Source: Candidatus Latescibacterota bacterium (GTDB lineage Bacteria; Latescibacterota; UBA2968; UBA8231). From it: DNA of 64,000 bases. Shown here piece by piece: positions 62,050 to 64,000 of this stretch. Within the stretch, counting starts at the first letter, position 1, and each line of letters opens with the position of its first letter. A program made the position numbers and the translations under genes. The notes beneath the pieces are model-generated. The model saw nothing but the letters and a program-made list of their open reading frames with translations. It was not told the DNA's origin and searched no databases. The stretch lies in assembly GCA_965248265.1 (NCBI GenBank), contig CBDFJF010000002.1:2432001-2496000 (forward strand). Direction: 5' to 3'.

Positions 62050-64000
62050 AGCTCGAATTTCAGCCCGAAGCGGAGCTGCCGCGGTTCGCCATAGAGATCG
62101 CCACCCTCGGTGAACCAGTAGTGCTGGCGATTGATCAGATTGATCTGCTCATAGAGCTGTTGGTACTGCTCGCCACCGCTGGCCTCCGAGATTTTCCCAC
62201 TCAACTCCGGATCGGAGAGGAAGCCGTCGTCCTGAGCATTGCCGGTGCGCGGGTAGACGTTGATGACATTGCGGCGGTTGAACAGGTTCTGAACGTAGAC
62301 GAAGGCCCAGGCCTGATGCCCATGGAGGGGAAACGCCTTATCAACCCGTAAATCCGCGGAGAAGGTCCATGGCGTAGTCGAGCTGTTGATCGGTTCGAGA
62401 GGCACGCGGGCGCGCGGGTCGTCGCTGGAGAGGATGGCGCCCAGTTCTGGACCGCGCTGGCCGACCGAGCCGGTGGCCAATGTGAAGTTGTGGCCGCTGG
62501 TGAAGCGCAGCAGCAGGTTGAAGCCCATGCGCTCGAGCACGAAACCGCCATCGCCCGCGTCGAAGCGGTAATCCAGGTTGGCATTGCCCCGATGGGTCTG
62601 GTTGAAGTCGAGGGGCGAGACCACGGTTGGAAGATTGGCGCTATTCTCGATACCGGCGATGCCGGAGTTGATGGTGGAGCCGGTGCCGCGGGCGTCGGAA
62701 AGGGTGTAGTTGAACTGGGCCTGCAGGCGCCGAATCCGCCTGAGTCTGAACACCAGTTCCAGCCCCTTGGTGGTGGCGAAGTCGCCGTTGGCCAGATAGT
62801 TGTAGGCAGCAGCGTCGACGGCGTTCTGGGTCACTTCCTGTCGACGCACCTGCAACTGGCCTTTGACGTCCCGGTAGAAACCGCTCAAGTCGAAGGAGGC
62901 GGTTTTGGCAAACTGATGGCCGAGACCGATTTCGTACTGGGTAGTCCGGATGGGTTCGACATCGAAGGCAGTCGGAAACGGGATGTAGTTGCCGCCGCCC
63001 ACTTCCAGCGCGAGGGCGGCGCCGCCCGTGAACATGTCGCGCAACTTCGGCATCTGGGCAAAGCGTCCGTACTGCACGTGAAACACGGTGCGGTCGGACA
63101 CCGGAAAGGACAGGCCCAGGCGCGGGCTGAATTCGGTGAAGGTGCGTGTCGGGCGCATGGAGGCCAGCTGGATGGTGGTCTCTTTCGCCAGGCGGATGGG
63201 TGCGGCCGGATCGATGAAACGGAAGCTGTCGACGTCGAAGTAGTCCCAGCGCAGGCCGGCGTTGAGGATCAGATCGCGGTACTCAATTTTGTCCTGCACA
63301 TACGCAGCCGCCAGAATGGGATGCCGCGGAGCTTCCAGGCCTTCGCCCTCGCCACGGCGACCGAACTCGTCAAAACCGTAGAAGTCGGCCTGGCTGTTCT
63401 GGCGGATGAGATTCTCGAAGTCTTCCAGGTCCTCGCCATCCGGTGCAGCCGAGGCAGCAGCCAACAATTCATCCATGATGGCGTCCTGGCCGATGTCGCC
63501 ATCGTAGTAGCGCTGGTACACCGCTTCCAAGTTAGGGTAGGTGCTCTGGATGGTGGAGCGGATGGAGTTGAGTACCACCAGATAGCGCCGTGAGGTCCAA
63601 CGCTGATAGTCGAAGCCGAGCTTGAGCTGATGGACTCGGGTCTGTTTGGTGATGCTGGCGGCCAGGCCACGGTAGGCGTCCTCTTCGACCGAGTAAAAAC
63701 TCGCGCGCTCGGAGCCGTTGCCGAAGGAGGTAGGCGTACCGGGTCGGGCAAAGGGGAAGCCGAAAAAATCGTAGGGCCGGGGGGCTGTCCCCTGGCTGGA
63801 ATAGGAAGTGAGGGCGTCACTGAGCTCGGCCACAGCCGTGCTATCATTGTATAGGAGAAAATTGTCCTCGAAAGCCGGGTCGAAGAAGCTGCGGTCCTGG
63901 TTGTAGAGGCTCAGGTCCACCTGGTAGAACAGGGAAGGATCGAGAAAGTGGGTAGCACGCAGGTGGAGGAGGCCGGAAGTGCGCTGGGCCTCGGGTTGGC
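62046..64000 (-). CDS. TonB-dependent receptor (5' part outside the window)
   Basis: YVQDKIEY, AGLRWDYFD, FSPRLGLSFP, QNLFN and EPRQLRFGLKFEL barrel motifs; frame open to the window edge. Confidence 0.92.
   Translation of the reverse strand, partial: QPEAQRTSGLLHLRATHFLDPSLFYQVDLSLYNQDRSFFDPAFEDNFLLYNDSTAVAELSDALTSYSSQGTAPRPYDFFGFPFARPGTPTSFGNGSERASFYSVEEDAYRGLAASITKQTRVHQLKLGFDYQRWTSRRYLVVLNSIRSTIQSTYPNLEAVYQRYYDGDIGQDAIMDELLAAASAAPDGEDLEDFENLIRQNSQADFYGFDEFGRRGEGEGLEAPRHPILAAAYVQDKIEYRDLILNAGLRWDYFDVDSFRFIDPAAPIRLAKETTIQLASMRPTRTFTEFSPRLGLSFPVSDRTVFHVQYGRFAQMPKLRDMFTGGAALALEVGGGNYIPFPTAFDVEPIRTTQYEIGLGHQFAKTASFDLSGFYRDVKGQLQVRRQEVTQNAVDAAAYNYLANGDFATTKGLELVFRLRRIRRLQAQFNYTLSDARGTGSTINSGIAGIENSANLPTVVSPLDFNQTHRGNANLDYRFDAGDGGFVLERMGFNLLLRFTSGHNFTLATGSVGQRGPELGAILSSDDPRARVPLEPINSSTTPWTFSADLRVDKAFPLHGHQAWAFVYVQNLFNRRNVINVYPRTGNAQDDGFLSDPELSGKISEASGGEQYQQLYEQINLINRQHYWFTEGGDLYGEPRQLRFGLKFEL

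Overview
GC-rich bacterial chromosome segment. The gene content (FlgD-Ig and T9SS-tailed secreted proteins, a PorV-family barrel, a DUF6785-type transporter, and many PhyH dioxygenases, Gfo/Idh/MocA oxidoreductases, CocE/NonD hydrolases and GH32-like propellers) suggests an FCB-group organism such as Latescibacterota; this is inference only. Most of the window is catabolic genes for complex organic matter, plus two GT-C/TPR glycosyltransferases and, at the right edge, a TonB receptor / T9SS cargo / PorV / sugar-enzyme operon. The most unusual signal is a family of IS91/ISCR-type rolling-circle element ends. There is one frameshifted full transposase (33626-35061), two orphan transposase C-termini (4330-4428, 10625-10741) and at least five copies of an oriIS-like terminus, all on the + strand, ending at 4624, 35285, 35933, 38905 and 47772. 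Three of these termini lie in direct orientation downstream of the transposase. They subdivide a visibly lower-GC island carrying an orphan REC-AraC regulator and secreted papain-fold and T9SS proteins, resembling a cassette array. An IS3-family element without a target duplication closes the island and truncates a glycoside hydrolase. No rRNA, tRNA or CRISPR array was seen. All assignments are by motif recognition; no database searches were run.
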